Virus record (IMG/VR): IMGVR_UViG_3300020045_002604
Span: 1-61,521 of that record
Source: a virus
Lineage: Duplodnaviria; Caudoviricetes
DNA length: 61,521 nt
Direction: 5' to 3' (one strand)
The position numbers were made by a program, and so were the translations under genes. This document shows positions 1 through 9,449 of this stretch, in pieces. The notes beneath the pieces are model-generated. The model made no database searches, had not been told where the DNA came from, and saw only the letters and a program-made list of their open reading frames with translations. Each line of letters starts with the position of its first letter. Positions within the stretch are counted from its first letter, which is position 1.

Positions 1-106
1 TGATTCTGGATAAGGCGTCGTTGGCGAACCAGACCGCGGGTCGTTACATTTCGATGTGGCGTGCGACGGGTCAGCCTGCGCAGGGCGCGATCCCCGGCAC
101 GACCCC
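1..106. repeat. Direct repeat of window end (circular assembly overlap)
   Basis: 1..106 is identical to 61416..61521. Confidence 0.97.
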
Positions 107-779
107 CGCAGTGTGCACGTCTGCAACTCTGGGGGCTATGGGGTTCGCGAACCAGACCGACCCGGTGAAGTCTTACCTGGGATGGCTGTTTACCGTGTCG
201 TCGAACGCGACCACTTCCGTCGAGGTTCACGACCGGATCGCGCACAACGGCGGCCTGGTGTTGAACGTCACCACGTCGCAGACGGTCACCGGGTACAACC
301 TGGCAACCCTCGCACCGTCGGCGGATCGTGTCGGCTCAGCGGACTACTCCGACCTGCAATGGTGGTTGGAGGTGTACACGGACGGTGGCGCGACCGCATC
401 CAACGCAACCATCAACGTCACCTACGACGACGACACGACGGGGAACCTGAACGTGCAGGCGGTGGGTGGCACGATCCGCGCGGGCAACATGTTCGCCCTG
501 ACGCCCCTCATCCCCACCGGGTCGCAGGGGAAGTTCATCAAGGGTGTCAACTCGGTGATCCTGTCGGCCTCGACGGGCACGGCGGGGTCGTTCGGGTTCA
601 CCGTCACCCGCCCCCGCACGGTCATGTCCACCGTCGTCGCGAACAAGATGGAGGTTGCCGATTGGGCTCAGCTAGGGCTACCAGAAATCGCTAACGACTC
701 CTGCCTGGTCCCCATCGTGCTGTCCACAACCACGTCTTCGGGTACACTTCGTGGCGGCGGTAAGATCGCCCACGGATGA
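1..779 (+). CDS. Virion-associated protein, 3' part (starts at ATG 61358 across the join)
   Basis: ORF 21..779 is in frame with ATG 61358 (MAISTRDGLISALATNSSRLILDKASLANQT...) after removing the overlap; Thr/Gly/Ser-rich. Confidence 0.7.
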   Translation, partial: ILDKASLANQTAGRYISMWRATGQPAQGAIPGTTPAVCTSATLGAMGFANQTDPVKSYLGWLFTVSSNATTSVEVHDRIAHNGGLVLNVTTSQTVTGYNLATLAPSADRVGSADYSDLQWWLEVYTDGGATASNATINVTYDDDTTGNLNVQAVGGTIRAGNMFALTPLIPTGSQGKFIKGVNSVILSASTGTAGSFGFTVTRPRTVMSTVVANKMEVADWAQLGLPEIANDSCLVPIVLSTTTSSGTLRGGGKIAHG

Positions 780-2491
780 TTGAGGCCCTGGGACTGGAAA
801 GCCCGCGATTCAAAGGCGGATCGGACGGGTGGGATGATGGTCCCGCGTCAGCCATCCTCCTTGCGGACTACTTCACTATCCCAGAAGGGCCGCCAGCCGA
901 CCCTGACATTTCATTCGTGTCAGAGTCGGTACTTGTCGCGCCCATCGGCAACATCAACGCGAACTCGTCCCCGCAGAACCTCGCGGCTCCGGCTGGGCTT
1001 GCGGCGGGGCACCTGCTCGTTGTGGCCATCTGGCCCGCACAGGGACTAGGCGGCTCCAACCAAATCACCACACCCGCCGGGTTGACGAAGATCACCATCG
1101 ACCCGGTGAACCCGGAACGCCTCGCTGGACTGTTTGCCGCAAAGGTAGTGGACCCCGCAGATTTCGCGGGCGGAATCACGATTGCCACGTCGTCGTTCTC
1201 GTCACGTATTGCGGCAGTAGCGCAGGCGTGGGCACCGGGTGATGGGTTCGAGTGGGACTTCACCAGCATCATTGCTACCGGCCCCGAATGGAACGGGTCC
1301 GCGATGTCTGCGGACCTATGGCCAACCATCTCCACCCGAGATTTCACGCTAGGTGCCTCGTTCACAAACAAGGGCGCGTCCACCACACTGACGGTCCACA
1401 CCGCTGACGGTGGCGGGACCAACACGTCACAGTGCCGTGCGGTGTCTGCCGCGTCCGGCTCCGTGTCGGACTCTGTGGTGTCGCTGACGCGAGGCGGCAC
1501 AGGCGTATCGTTCAACATTTCACAGGCCAACGGTCTGACCTATTCGCTTGCGCTCAACCGCACAGAACTCGATCCTCCCGCCAGTCCTCACGGATTCTCT
1601 TCCGTACGACAGATGCGTGAGACACGCGGGGCAACGTGGGCGCACCGCAACCTAGGCGGCACCTACCCGGAAATGACCGTGTACGGTGTTGAGCAGGCGG
1701 CGGCGGCTGGCTTTGGTGTGATCGAAATTTCCTGCCAGCGTACGTCTGATGGGGTGTGGTTCGGTGCCCACGACCAGACGCCTAACCGTGTCACCCTTGA
1801 GACAACGCATGACGGGACGAACTACTCAGCGCTAACGTGGGCGCAAGTGTCTGCAATGAGCATTAATGTTGGCGCAACTGGCGGAACACAGCCATACGCA
1901 ACGCTACAGCAACTTGTAGAGGCTCTGCCCACAGACTTCATCTTCCTGGTGGACCCGAAGCAGTCGGGCGACAATACTACGTACCGCGCAGAGTTTTTGG
2001 ACCTGGTGGACACCCTACTGGGACCGACACGCGCCGTTATTAAGCTAGACGCCTACGCAAACATTAACAGCTTCATCGACGCCAAAGCCCGTGGGTACTA
2101 CGTAGCAACGTACTTCTACGCCGCACCCTCGTCACCTACCGGATCAACCATTGTAGAGGCGCGTCTACCTTACACCGATTTTCCCGGTCTGAACTACGAT
2201 GCCACACAGCCCGGATGGGACGCGTTTCTCGACCCCGCTGGCGCGTACTACTCGCTTGCTCAGGGCAAGCCGATGTGGGGACACGTCTGCCCGGATCAGG
2301 CCGCTCACGACGAAGCAATTAGTAAAGGTGCGTCATTCGTACAATGCACGTCAGTTACGATCACACCTAAGGGTGTGGAGGCGTGGCGGCCCGGTGCTCT
2401 TGGCGACGGCTTCGGACCAACAGAAATCTACGCTGGTACTACCCTAGTACAGAAAGTGTATCGTGGGAACACCCTGATCTGGCAAAGATGA
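776..2491 (+). CDS. Virion protein with C-terminal glycerophosphodiester phosphodiesterase (GDPD)-like domain
   Basis: WAHRN..GTYPEMT, IEISCQRTSDGVWFGAHD, FLVDPKQ match GDPD motifs; beta-rich N-terminus; ATGA overlap with upstream gene. Confidence 0.8.
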   Translation: MIEALGLESPRFKGGSDGWDDGPASAILLADYFTIPEGPPADPDISFVSESVLVAPIGNINANSSPQNLAAPAGLAAGHLLVVAIWPAQGLGGSNQITTPAGLTKITIDPVNPERLAGLFAAKVVDPADFAGGITIATSSFSSRIAAVAQAWAPGDGFEWDFTSIIATGPEWNGSAMSADLWPTISTRDFTLGASFTNKGASTTLTVHTADGGGTNTSQCRAVSAASGSVSDSVVSLTRGGTGVSFNISQANGLTYSLALNRTELDPPASPHGFSSVRQMRETRGATWAHRNLGGTYPEMTVYGVEQAAAAGFGVIEISCQRTSDGVWFGAHDQTPNRVTLETTHDGTNYSALTWAQVSAMSINVGATGGTQPYATLQQLVEALPTDFIFLVDPKQSGDNTTYRAEFLDLVDTLLGPTRAVIKLDAYANINSFIDAKARGYYVATYFYAAPSSPTGSTIVEARLPYTDFPGLNYDATQPGWDAFLDPAGAYYSLAQGKPMWGHVCPDQAAHDEAISKGASFVQCTSVTITPKGVEAWRPGALGDGFGPTEIYAGTTLVQKVYRGNTLIWQR

Positions 2492-2519
2492 TCTATTTAA
2501 CTCCTAAAACACGTTAAGT

Positions 2520-2532
2520 TGTGTGCTAACAT
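2520..2532 (+). promoter_or_regulatory. Extended -10 promoter of capsid operon
   Basis: TGTGC-TAACAT in AT-rich gap; same motif precedes other late genes. Confidence 0.55.
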
Positions 2533-2541
2533 AGAACTCAG

Positions 2542-3462
2542 GTGATTATGCTTAAACCAATCGAAATTTCTGAGTCCCTTGGGACTGTAGCCGCGCTGAC
2601 CGGTACTCGGTACAAGGTGCGGCTAATCGAGGGCGACAAGCTCGGTTCCACCGCTTACTACCCGGCCAGCGTTCTCGCAACGTTCGGACCCAAGGTCTTC
2701 AAGCGCGGCACGCCGATGTTCATTGACCACCAGACGCCCGACGAGAAGAGCGTAAAGCCCTTCGGTTCGGTCACTAACTTTGTTGGTGAGCTAGCGGAAG
2801 ACGCTTACTACGAGAACGATGGCCTCTATGCTGAGGTTGAGGTTTTCGAGGATGCGGCTCCGATGATCAAGGCTCGCAAAGACAAGATCGGCGTATCGAT
2901 TCGAGCCAACGTGGTAGCCGAAACCGGCACCATCGATGGCCGCTCCGTGCCGATTGCCAAGGAATTTACCTCAGCCCGTAGTGTGGACTTCGTTATGAAG
3001 GCCGGGGCTGGCGGTAAGATCGTGTCGATTTTGGAGTCGGCAATCGAAGAGAACCCGGAAACGGGTGTCGAAGAAGGAGACAACATGGATGAAGTCCTAA
3101 AGGCCGTTGCGGCTCTTAAGGGCGAGTTCGTTTCCCGTTTCGAGGCTATCGAGAGCAAGCTTGCTCCCGTGGTTGTCGAAGAGGGTGCGAACGATACCTA
3201 CGCTAAGGCTCTAGAAATCGCTGAGGCTTTTACCGCTTCTACGCTTGACGCTGAGGGTCGCGCCCGTGTGCTCGATCTGCACAAGGCAAACGGCAAGCCG
3301 ATTGCTGAGCTTATCACCGCCGAAGAGGCGTACGTTAAGGCTCACGTCACAACTGATGACGAGCACGGCGTAGAGGAAAGCGCAAACGAGGCCGTAGAGG
3401 CCGAAGAGGGCGCAACTACCAAGATCACGGTGCCGACAATCGGCGCGTGGGGCAAGAAGTAA
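2542..3462 (+). CDS. Capsid maturation protease/scaffold fusion
   Basis: MFIDH, IGVSIRA, SVDFVMKAGAGGKI protease-type motifs, then acidic helical C-terminus; upstream of cement and MCP. Confidence 0.8.
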   Translation: MIMLKPIEISESLGTVAALTGTRYKVRLIEGDKLGSTAYYPASVLATFGPKVFKRGTPMFIDHQTPDEKSVKPFGSVTNFVGELAEDAYYENDGLYAEVEVFEDAAPMIKARKDKIGVSIRANVVAETGTIDGRSVPIAKEFTSARSVDFVMKAGAGGKIVSILESAIEENPETGVEEGDNMDEVLKAVAALKGEFVSRFEAIESKLAPVVVEEGANDTYAKALEIAEAFTASTLDAEGRARVLDLHKANGKPIAELITAEEAYVKAHVTTDDEHGVEESANEAVEAEEGATTKITVPTIGAWGKK

Positions 3463-3471
3463 GGATAACTA

Positions 3472-3858
3472 ATGGCACGCAATCAGGTTTACAAGGAAGC
3501 AGACTTCCTTAGCCTTCCCGTTGCTACCGGCAAGCTGAGCGGCGATTCGGTTCGTATTGGTGGTCTTAACGCAGTCCTTCTCACCAACGAAGGCTCCGTA
3601 GACACTGGTACTAACCCGTACGACCAGGCATCTAGCTCTAACAAGGCTGGCTATGCTTCGGTTGCGCTCAAGGGTGCGTTCCGCATCCCGGTTAGCACTA
3701 CCAACACCCTAGCAGTCGGCGCTCCCGTCTACATCATCACGGCAACCGGTGTCCTGACGACAACCGACAACACGGGGGCAAACCCGCTGTTCGGTCACGC
3801 ACTCAGCGCCAAGGGTACCACGGCTAACCAGCCCGTTATTGTAAGGGTCTACAACTAA
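3472..3858 (+). CDS. Capsid cement/decoration protein (DUF2190-like)
   Basis: MARNQVY...SGDSVRIG...GAF...VGAPVY...LFGHAL pattern; directly upstream of MCP. Confidence 0.75.
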   Translation: MARNQVYKEADFLSLPVATGKLSGDSVRIGGLNAVLLTNEGSVDTGTNPYDQASSSNKAGYASVALKGAFRIPVSTTNTLAVGAPVYIITATGVLTTTDNTGANPLFGHALSAKGTTANQPVIVRVYN

Positions 3859-5006
3859 TGATTACTCAGGCTAGACTAGATCACGTAGCCAAGCTTGTCG
3901 ATGGTGCCCTTGCGGGTAACTACGTAGCCCAGGGTGCGATCAAGGACGAGATTCGCCGCTCTATGAGCGTTGAAGAGTCCCACAGCACTTCGGACTTCCC
4001 GACCGCGCTTCGCTCCATCACGAGCGCCGCGTTCCTCGGTGAGTACGACCAGATTCAGTCGGTGTACCCTCAGTACACTCGCCAGTACAATGTGAACAAC
4101 CTGCGTCCGCAGTCGTTCTACAGCCTGGCGTTCGACAACTCGAACCTTCCCGACGCTAACGGTGGCGAGAAGACGATCAAGGACGCCCCTGGTGGCATCC
4201 CGCGTATCCCAGAGCTGACTGAGTTCCCGACGATCAGCTTCTCTGCTAGCGAGACTAGCTTCGGGGTTGCCAAGTACGGTGCTCGCGTTCAGTTCTCGTT
4301 CGAGATGCTTCTGAACGACGAGTGGGGCGTGCTTGAGTCGCTTCCGACCCAGCTTGCTCAGCTTGCGCGTAACCAGGAGGACATTGTTGCCACTGAGGTT
4401 ATCGCTTCGGAGACTGGCCCGGACGCTACGTTCTTCAACAACACCAACGGTAACATCTTCGCTGTTGCCAACGGTTACACGGAGAACAACCCGGCGCTCG
4501 ACGTAGCGGCTATCACGGAGGCGGCTTCGCACATTCGTAGCCGTACCTTCAACGGCAACCCTGTTGTCGTGTCGAAGTTCGCGCTTATGGTTCCGCCTGC
4601 TCTTGAAGCAGAGGCCCGCCGTCTTCTCGGTGTGTCGGCGTTCGAAATCACCGACGCCAACGGTACCTACAACGTGGCCAACCCGATCAGCGACATTTCG
4701 CTTATCGTCAACCCGTGGCTTCCGGTCATCGACAAGAGCGCCAACGTCAACACGACGTGGTACCTGCTTCCTGTCGGCTCGGCTGGCGTTCGCCCGGCGG
4801 TTGTGTTCTCGAAGATTCGTGGCCGTGAGGTTCCAGAGCTTCGTATCGCATCTGCTACAGGTAACTACCTGGGTGGCGGCGAGGTTCCCGGTCGTGAGGG
4901 TAGCTTCCTGAACGACGACATTGAGTTCCGTGTCCGTCACTTCGTGGGTGCCGCAGGCATCGCGTTCGAGACAGCTACGGTATCCAAGGGTACCGGCGCG
5001 GCGTAA
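3858..5006 (+). CDS. Major capsid protein
   Basis: 382 aa; STSDFP, KYGARVQFSFEMLLND, LMVPPALE, IEFRVRHFVG; followed by terminator. Confidence 0.9.
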   Translation: MITQARLDHVAKLVDGALAGNYVAQGAIKDEIRRSMSVEESHSTSDFPTALRSITSAAFLGEYDQIQSVYPQYTRQYNVNNLRPQSFYSLAFDNSNLPDANGGEKTIKDAPGGIPRIPELTEFPTISFSASETSFGVAKYGARVQFSFEMLLNDEWGVLESLPTQLAQLARNQEDIVATEVIASETGPDATFFNNTNGNIFAVANGYTENNPALDVAAITEAASHIRSRTFNGNPVVVSKFALMVPPALEAEARRLLGVSAFEITDANGTYNVANPISDISLIVNPWLPVIDKSANVNTTWYLLPVGSAGVRPAVVFSKIRGREVPELRIASATGNYLGGGEVPGREGSFLNDDIEFRVRHFVGAAGIAFETATVSKGTGAA

Positions 5007-5023
5007 GCTTCGCTTTAATACTT

Positions 5024-5066
5024 AAGAGGCCCTGGCCCCGGTTGGGGTTGGGGCCTCTTTAGTTTT
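5024..5066 (+). terminator. Intrinsic terminator after MCP
   Basis: AAGAGGCCC...GGGCCTCTT hairpin plus T-rich tail. Confidence 0.75.
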
Positions 5067-5077
5067 AGGAGTTAAAT

Positions 5078-5449
5078 ATGGCAGGCACTATCGAGCAGGT
5101 ACGCTTGCTCATCCCCGACACCGAAGCGGTGTTCGACGGAACCACGCTTTTCACGGACGACGACCTTGACGGCTACCTAGAGATTGCCGCTGGCTCCGCC
5201 CTCCGTGCCGCTGGCTATGCTATCCTGGCTATCGCTAACAGCGAGGCTATGATCAGTAAGGTCATCAGGTCGCAAGACCTCAGCACGGACGGCTCTAAGG
5301 TAGCGGACGCTCTGCGCGCCACAGTCCGCGTTTTGTTCGCTCGCGCTGACCGTGAAGAGAACAAGGCCGACGAGTTCTACTACAACGTGGTGGACTACCC
5401 TACGGGGACAGACCGGCCCGAACTGACTGAATGGAACTGGAACCCGTAA
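5078..5449 (+). CDS. Head-to-tail adaptor
   Basis: QVRLLIPD...LFTDDDL...QDLSTDG; position after MCP. Confidence 0.75.
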   Translation: MAGTIEQVRLLIPDTEAVFDGTTLFTDDDLDGYLEIAAGSALRAAGYAILAIANSEAMISKVIRSQDLSTDGSKVADALRATVRVLFARADREENKADEFYYNVVDYPTGTDRPELTEWNWNP

Positions 5450-5450
5450 G

Positions 5451-5900
5451 ATGAAGCTATACGCGAGAGGCGCGCTAGACCCGCGCTGGACACGGCATCA
5501 TACGCCGGTCGCGGTAGACTTCATGCTCGCCACCGTCAAGGTGATTCGTAAGCTACCGTCCACGTCCGCACAGCGCCCCGTCTACGACCAGGTAGCGGGT
5601 ACATGGTCAGCTATCGACTCTATGGAGACTGTGGTCACCAACGTGCGCGCCCGCGTCCAGCCGTTCGGCATCATGGGTGACATGGTTGTAGGTCAGGACA
5701 CGACAGGTCGTAGGCTTGTCCGTGTACAGCTTGAAAATGTGGAGTCTGAGATTCGCGCCGACGACCTGGTGATCGTCACGGCCTGCCCTGACTACCCCGA
5801 GTTGCTTGCCTACACGCTAGAAGTACGTGGATCTATTTCTAGCTCCAACGCCTGGCTCACAGACCTCGTGTGTGAAGCAGACGTGAAGGCGGCTGTCTAA
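5451..5900 (+). CDS. Head-to-tail stopper
   Basis: Synteny; ARVQP, D.VIVT..PD.PEL motifs. Confidence 0.65.
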   Translation: MKLYARGALDPRWTRHHTPVAVDFMLATVKVIRKLPSTSAQRPVYDQVAGTWSAIDSMETVVTNVRARVQPFGIMGDMVVGQDTTGRRLVRVQLENVESEIRADDLVIVTACPDYPELLAYTLEVRGSISSSNAWLTDLVCEADVKAAV

Positions 5901-6400
5901 TGCCCAACTGGATCAGTATCAGAGTCAAGACCGAACCCGCTAAAATGAAGCACGTCAAGGGCCGCATTGAGGGTTTTCCTCAGCAGGCTATAGGTAAGTA
6001 TTTCTTTCAGCAGTTGCAGAGTATGACCGCATCCGGCGCCGACGTTATGAAAAATTTCATCGGTCCACAGGGTCACCCCAGCGTCCGTACCAATACAGGC
6101 CATGAGCGTAAGGCGCGTGGCGGTAACGGTCCAGGTCGCGTAGACACGGGGCTTATGCGCGACAGTATCAAATGGACTGGTCGTAAACTAGGGAACGGAA
6201 ATTATCGTTTCGAGTTTGGCTGGCTTAACGGTACGCCTGGGTACGCGATTTTTCAGGAGCAGGGCACCAAAAATGGTGTACGCGCTATGAACTCTATCGG
6301 CTATGCAACAGAGTTCATGCGCAACGAACTTAGAATGCTAGGGCAGAACCGCGCCGCAAGCCGCGCCGTTCGTAACGCTCAGTGGAGGCACGATGCTTAA
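5900..6400 (+). CDS. Neck/tail-completion protein (HK97 gp10-like)
   Basis: GRVDTGLMRDSI and YAIFQEQGT motifs. Confidence 0.7.
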   Translation: MPNWISIRVKTEPAKMKHVKGRIEGFPQQAIGKYFFQQLQSMTASGADVMKNFIGPQGHPSVRTNTGHERKARGGNGPGRVDTGLMRDSIKWTGRKLGNGNYRFEFGWLNGTPGYAIFQEQGTKNGVRAMNSIGYATEFMRNELRMLGQNRAASRAVRNAQWRHDA

Positions 6401-6815
6401 TACCCTACCAGGTGAAATCGATATCGTGAATAAGCTCAAGGAAATCTTGGGCATTGATGTGATGGAGGGTGACTACGTAGATGATGGCTACATTCCCGTA
6501 GTAGACGCTAATAAACTTTTCAAGCCTTATATGCTTGTTAAGTTTAACGGTTCGTTCCAGCAGTATGACAACGGTATCGCCGGTCCCGAGCTAGATACTC
6601 AGCGAGCGACGTTCACTGTTTACGCTGTTTCACCAGATGATAGAACCACGCGCGCTCTCCGTGACCAGGTTCGCGTGAAGATGCTCACGAACTTCCGTCC
6701 CACAGACGGAGGTTCACTACGCCCCGGCAACGCCTATAGCTTTGTAGACCCAGACTTGGGCTTCCACCGGTATGTCCACGCCCTATCGTTCTCGTACACG
6801 TTTAACCTGAGTTGA
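6393..6815 (+). CDS. Tail terminator
   Basis: Synteny, 140 aa. Confidence 0.65.
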   Translation: MLNTLPGEIDIVNKLKEILGIDVMEGDYVDDGYIPVVDANKLFKPYMLVKFNGSFQQYDNGIAGPELDTQRATFTVYAVSPDDRTTRALRDQVRVKMLTNFRPTDGGSLRPGNAYSFVDPDLGFHRYVHALSFSYTFNLS

Positions 6816-6826
6816 GTTAAGAATTC

Positions 6827-6837
6827 TGTGCTAAACT
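6827..6837 (+). promoter_or_regulatory. Extended -10 promoter of tail-tube operon
   Basis: TGTGC-TAAACT in intergenic gap. Confidence 0.55.
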
Positions 6838-6872
6838 GGAACAGAACGATCTTGTAAAGATAGGATCACTTT

Positions 6873-7106
6873 ATGACTTTTGTAACCTTCCGTCACACGG
6901 AGACTGGTGTGCTCACTGAGCTACCAGCCCACTACGCGGACCACCCTGTATTTGGGGAATACCTTGAGCTGTATGTGCCTGAGGTAGAAGAGTACGAAGA
7001 GGAAAAAGTTGTGAGCGAAAGCCACGAACTTCCTCTAGAACAGCGCATCAGCAAGACGGCTAAGCCCATCGCTAATGCCGATAACAATGAGAAGGAAACC
7101 GACTAA
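6873..7106 (+). CDS. Hypothetical protein
   Basis: RBS AGGA; stop overlaps next start (TAATG). Confidence 0.65.
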   Translation: MTFVTFRHTETGVLTELPAHYADHPVFGEYLELYVPEVEEYEEEKVVSESHELPLEQRISKTAKPIANADNNEKETD

Positions 7107-7639
7107 TGGCGGGTACTAAGCTCCTGCGCGGAAACTACTCTGTCTACGCCTTCTACCCGGAGGCGGTGGCAGACTGGAACACTCTAAGTGCCGCGACCCT
7201 TACGACGGCCCTGGGCGCGGGTATGGGTTTCGACATTTCTTGCGCGCTAACCGACGATTCTGTCAACATCAATCTGACGGACTCCGACACCGACGACAGC
7301 ATCAGCATTTGCGATATCGGTAACGTTTCGACACCGACGTTCTTTAACTATGAAGTTTCGTTTGATAGCTTCCGTAACGGCCCCGCTTCCGCTGGCGCCG
7401 CTGTCGCTGTGTACGAACTTCCCGTTGACCTCTTCCAGCAAGCCGACCGCCCGTTCTACATTGTGAAGCGCATCGGCGTGCCACAGGGTACGGCGTTTGC
7501 CTCCGGGCAGATCGTCAGCGTTTACGGCGTCAACACCGACTGGCCTCAGGACGTTCTGGGTGACGGTGAGAATATCCTCTTCGGTAGCCGCTTTAAGGCT
7601 AGTGGACAGGTCTACACAAACGCTACTCTGACGGCGTAA
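7106..7639 (+). CDS. Tail tube protein paralogue 1
   Basis: DISCALTDD...TDSDTDD...GN...FRN; visibly similar to next gene. Confidence 0.7.
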   Translation: MAGTKLLRGNYSVYAFYPEAVADWNTLSAATLTTALGAGMGFDISCALTDDSVNINLTDSDTDDSISICDIGNVSTPTFFNYEVSFDSFRNGPASAGAAVAVYELPVDLFQQADRPFYIVKRIGVPQGTAFASGQIVSVYGVNTDWPQDVLGDGENILFGSRFKASGQVYTNATLTA

Positions 7640-7648
7640 GGATAAATC

Positions 7649-8407
7649 ATGGCTAAGATTACTAGTAACGAATACGTGAAGATCGCGTGGGTGCTCGATG
7701 CGAGCATGTCCACTTCGGTTGCCCCCGCGCCCACAGCGGCCATCCTTAACGCGGCCCTCGACCTGTCGCCAGCTATCGCATGGCAGGACTACGAGCTTGG
7801 TGCCACTGACTCGGACGATGTTGACGACCGTGGTATCACTGATCCCGGCAACGCAGTCACTCGCGGTTTTGCCAACTTCGGCGGCACGCTGAGCTTCTTC
7901 CGCGACGCCAACCTGGCGGACAGCACGTCTGACTACGTGAAGGCGTGGAACGCATTTAAGACACCGCGTACCTATGGCTACCTGGTCGTGCGTATCGCTG
8001 ACAAGAAGTGGTCCGACGTATGGGCGGCGGGTGACCGCGTGTCGGTTTACCGCTTCGTGGCTGACACGATCACGGATGACGCCGAGGGCGACGACGCGGT
8101 TAAGTTCACCGTATCGTTCTTGCCTCAGGGACTCCTGTACCCGTACGCCCGTGTGGCGGCTGCTGGTGTTATCTCGGGCATCGCACCTACCAAGTCTCAG
8201 ACTGTTGCGGCTGGTCCGTACGCGCTGTCTCCTATCCTGTCGGCTCGGAGCATCCGCTCCAACGCTACGTACACTTCGTCTGATACGACGAAGGCGCGTG
8301 TGACGGCTAACGGTGTGGTCATCCCCGTCGCCGCTGGTACGGTTACCATCACGGTAAACCATCCTGCCGCGACGGCTTCGGTGCCTCACGCGCTCACGCT
8401 GACATAA
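7649..8407 (+). CDS. Major tail protein with C-terminal Ig-like domain
   Basis: DLSPAI...TDSDDVDD...GN...FFRD plus Big_2-like TYTSSDTTKARVTANGVVIPVAAGTVTIT. Confidence 0.8.
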   Translation: MAKITSNEYVKIAWVLDASMSTSVAPAPTAAILNAALDLSPAIAWQDYELGATDSDDVDDRGITDPGNAVTRGFANFGGTLSFFRDANLADSTSDYVKAWNAFKTPRTYGYLVVRIADKKWSDVWAAGDRVSVYRFVADTITDDAEGDDAVKFTVSFLPQGLLYPYARVAAAGVISGIAPTKSQTVAAGPYALSPILSARSIRSNATYTSSDTTKARVTANGVVIPVAAGTVTITVNHPAATASVPHALTLT

Positions 8408-8443
8408 GCCTAAGCTACGCTACCTTAGGGCCTACCCCCTACC

Positions 8444-8472
8444 GGACTACTCCCCGGTAGGGGGTAGTTTTA
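8444..8472 (+). terminator. Intrinsic terminator after tail tube genes
   Basis: ACTACTCCC...GGGGGTAGT hairpin plus TTT. Confidence 0.6.
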
Positions 8473-8494
8473 TGTCTTAAAACGGGTGCGTTTT

Positions 8495-8505
8495 TGTGAT
8501 AGACT
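8495..8505 (+). promoter_or_regulatory. Extended -10 promoter, leaderless tail chaperone mRNA
   Basis: TGTGA-TAGACT followed by ATG 6 nt later, no RBS. Confidence 0.6.
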
Positions 8506-8511
8506 CGGGGC

Positions 8512-9045
8512 ATGACTACGGATGCTATTACCACAGCCCAGGCCCCTGACACGTTCGACGTGCTCTCATTCATCGAGGGCACGGCGTATCCGCGCGCAGA
8601 GGTTTCGGTGTACACAGACGCCAAGAGCGCCACCGACCTTATCACACTAGGCAACCGCCGCAAGGACCGGGAGATTGCCGAGGGGCCGATCACCGACCTC
8701 GACGATGAGATTGCTGAGCTTGCTGAAAAGGTCGAGGCCTCCAAGCTGACCTTCAAGCTACAGGGCCTACCGCCCGGCATGGTGCGCGACATTTACAACG
8801 TCGAAGAGGGCGCGGACGACACTACCCAGCTATCCGCTGAGAACCGCCTGATCGCTAACACTATCACCGGGGCCGTCAACAGCAAGGGCCAGGTTGACTC
8901 ACGCGTGTGGGACGAGGAGGCTGTGGGTAAGCTACGCCGCTTCCTCAAGGAAGCCGAATTCGGCAAGCTGATCACGGGTGTGATCGAGGTTAACTTTAAC
9001 GCCGCTGTGTTTGACCAGGCGTCCGATGCCGGGTTTCTTGGCTGA
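8512..9045 (+). CDS. Tail assembly chaperone (gpG-like)
   Basis: Between tail tube and TMP. Confidence 0.8.
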   Translation: MTTDAITTAQAPDTFDVLSFIEGTAYPRAEVSVYTDAKSATDLITLGNRRKDREIAEGPITDLDDEIAELAEKVEASKLTFKLQGLPPGMVRDIYNVEEGADDTTQLSAENRLIANTITGAVNSKGQVDSRVWDEEAVGKLRRFLKEAEFGKLITGVIEVNFNAAVFDQASDAGFLG

Positions 9046-9442
9046 GGTTCTAACCTGGCCTCACAACTACTATAATTACATGGCTGTTGAGACAGCCGTT
9101 GCAATGGGTCTTCCGCCGACTAGCTTCCTCTCTGAGAAAGAGCCTAGTGCCGGGTGGAGTAGGGAAGACAAAAAGCTCGCCATCGCGCTGACTATTTTGA
9201 AGCGCGAGACATGCCAGAAGTGCGGTCAGCCGCTATGGATTTGCCGTAGCTCTGAGCGCAACCTGCTGTTTAAGGTTAAGAAAGCCACCTGCTACGCCAG
9301 CGCCGAGTACGAAAAGGCCGCCGATAAGAAGCAGAACAAGGAACTAAAGCCTGGCGAGTACATGTTCACCGTGCCGTATATGATGGACGATGGGCCGCTA
9401 CCCTCCCGCCGAGACTATCTAGAAGCTCTCGCAGAAGACTAG
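9032..9442 (+). CDS. Tail assembly chaperone second frame (gpT-like)
   Basis: Overlaps chaperone end in +1 frame; CQKCG motif; directly upstream of TMP. Confidence 0.65.
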   Translation, partial: GFLAEVLTWPHNYYNYMAVETAVAMGLPPTSFLSEKEPSAGWSREDKKLAIALTILKRETCQKCGQPLWICRSSERNLLFKVKKATCYASAEYEKAADKKQNKELKPGEYMFTVPYMMDDGPLPSRRDYLEALAED

Positions 9443-9449
9443 GAATTAA

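Noticed and set aside
3876-4940. Long antisense ORFs (also 7247-8389, 56463-57266, 28894-29532)
   Set aside because: Shadows of GC-biased genes on the other strand; no RBS or motifs
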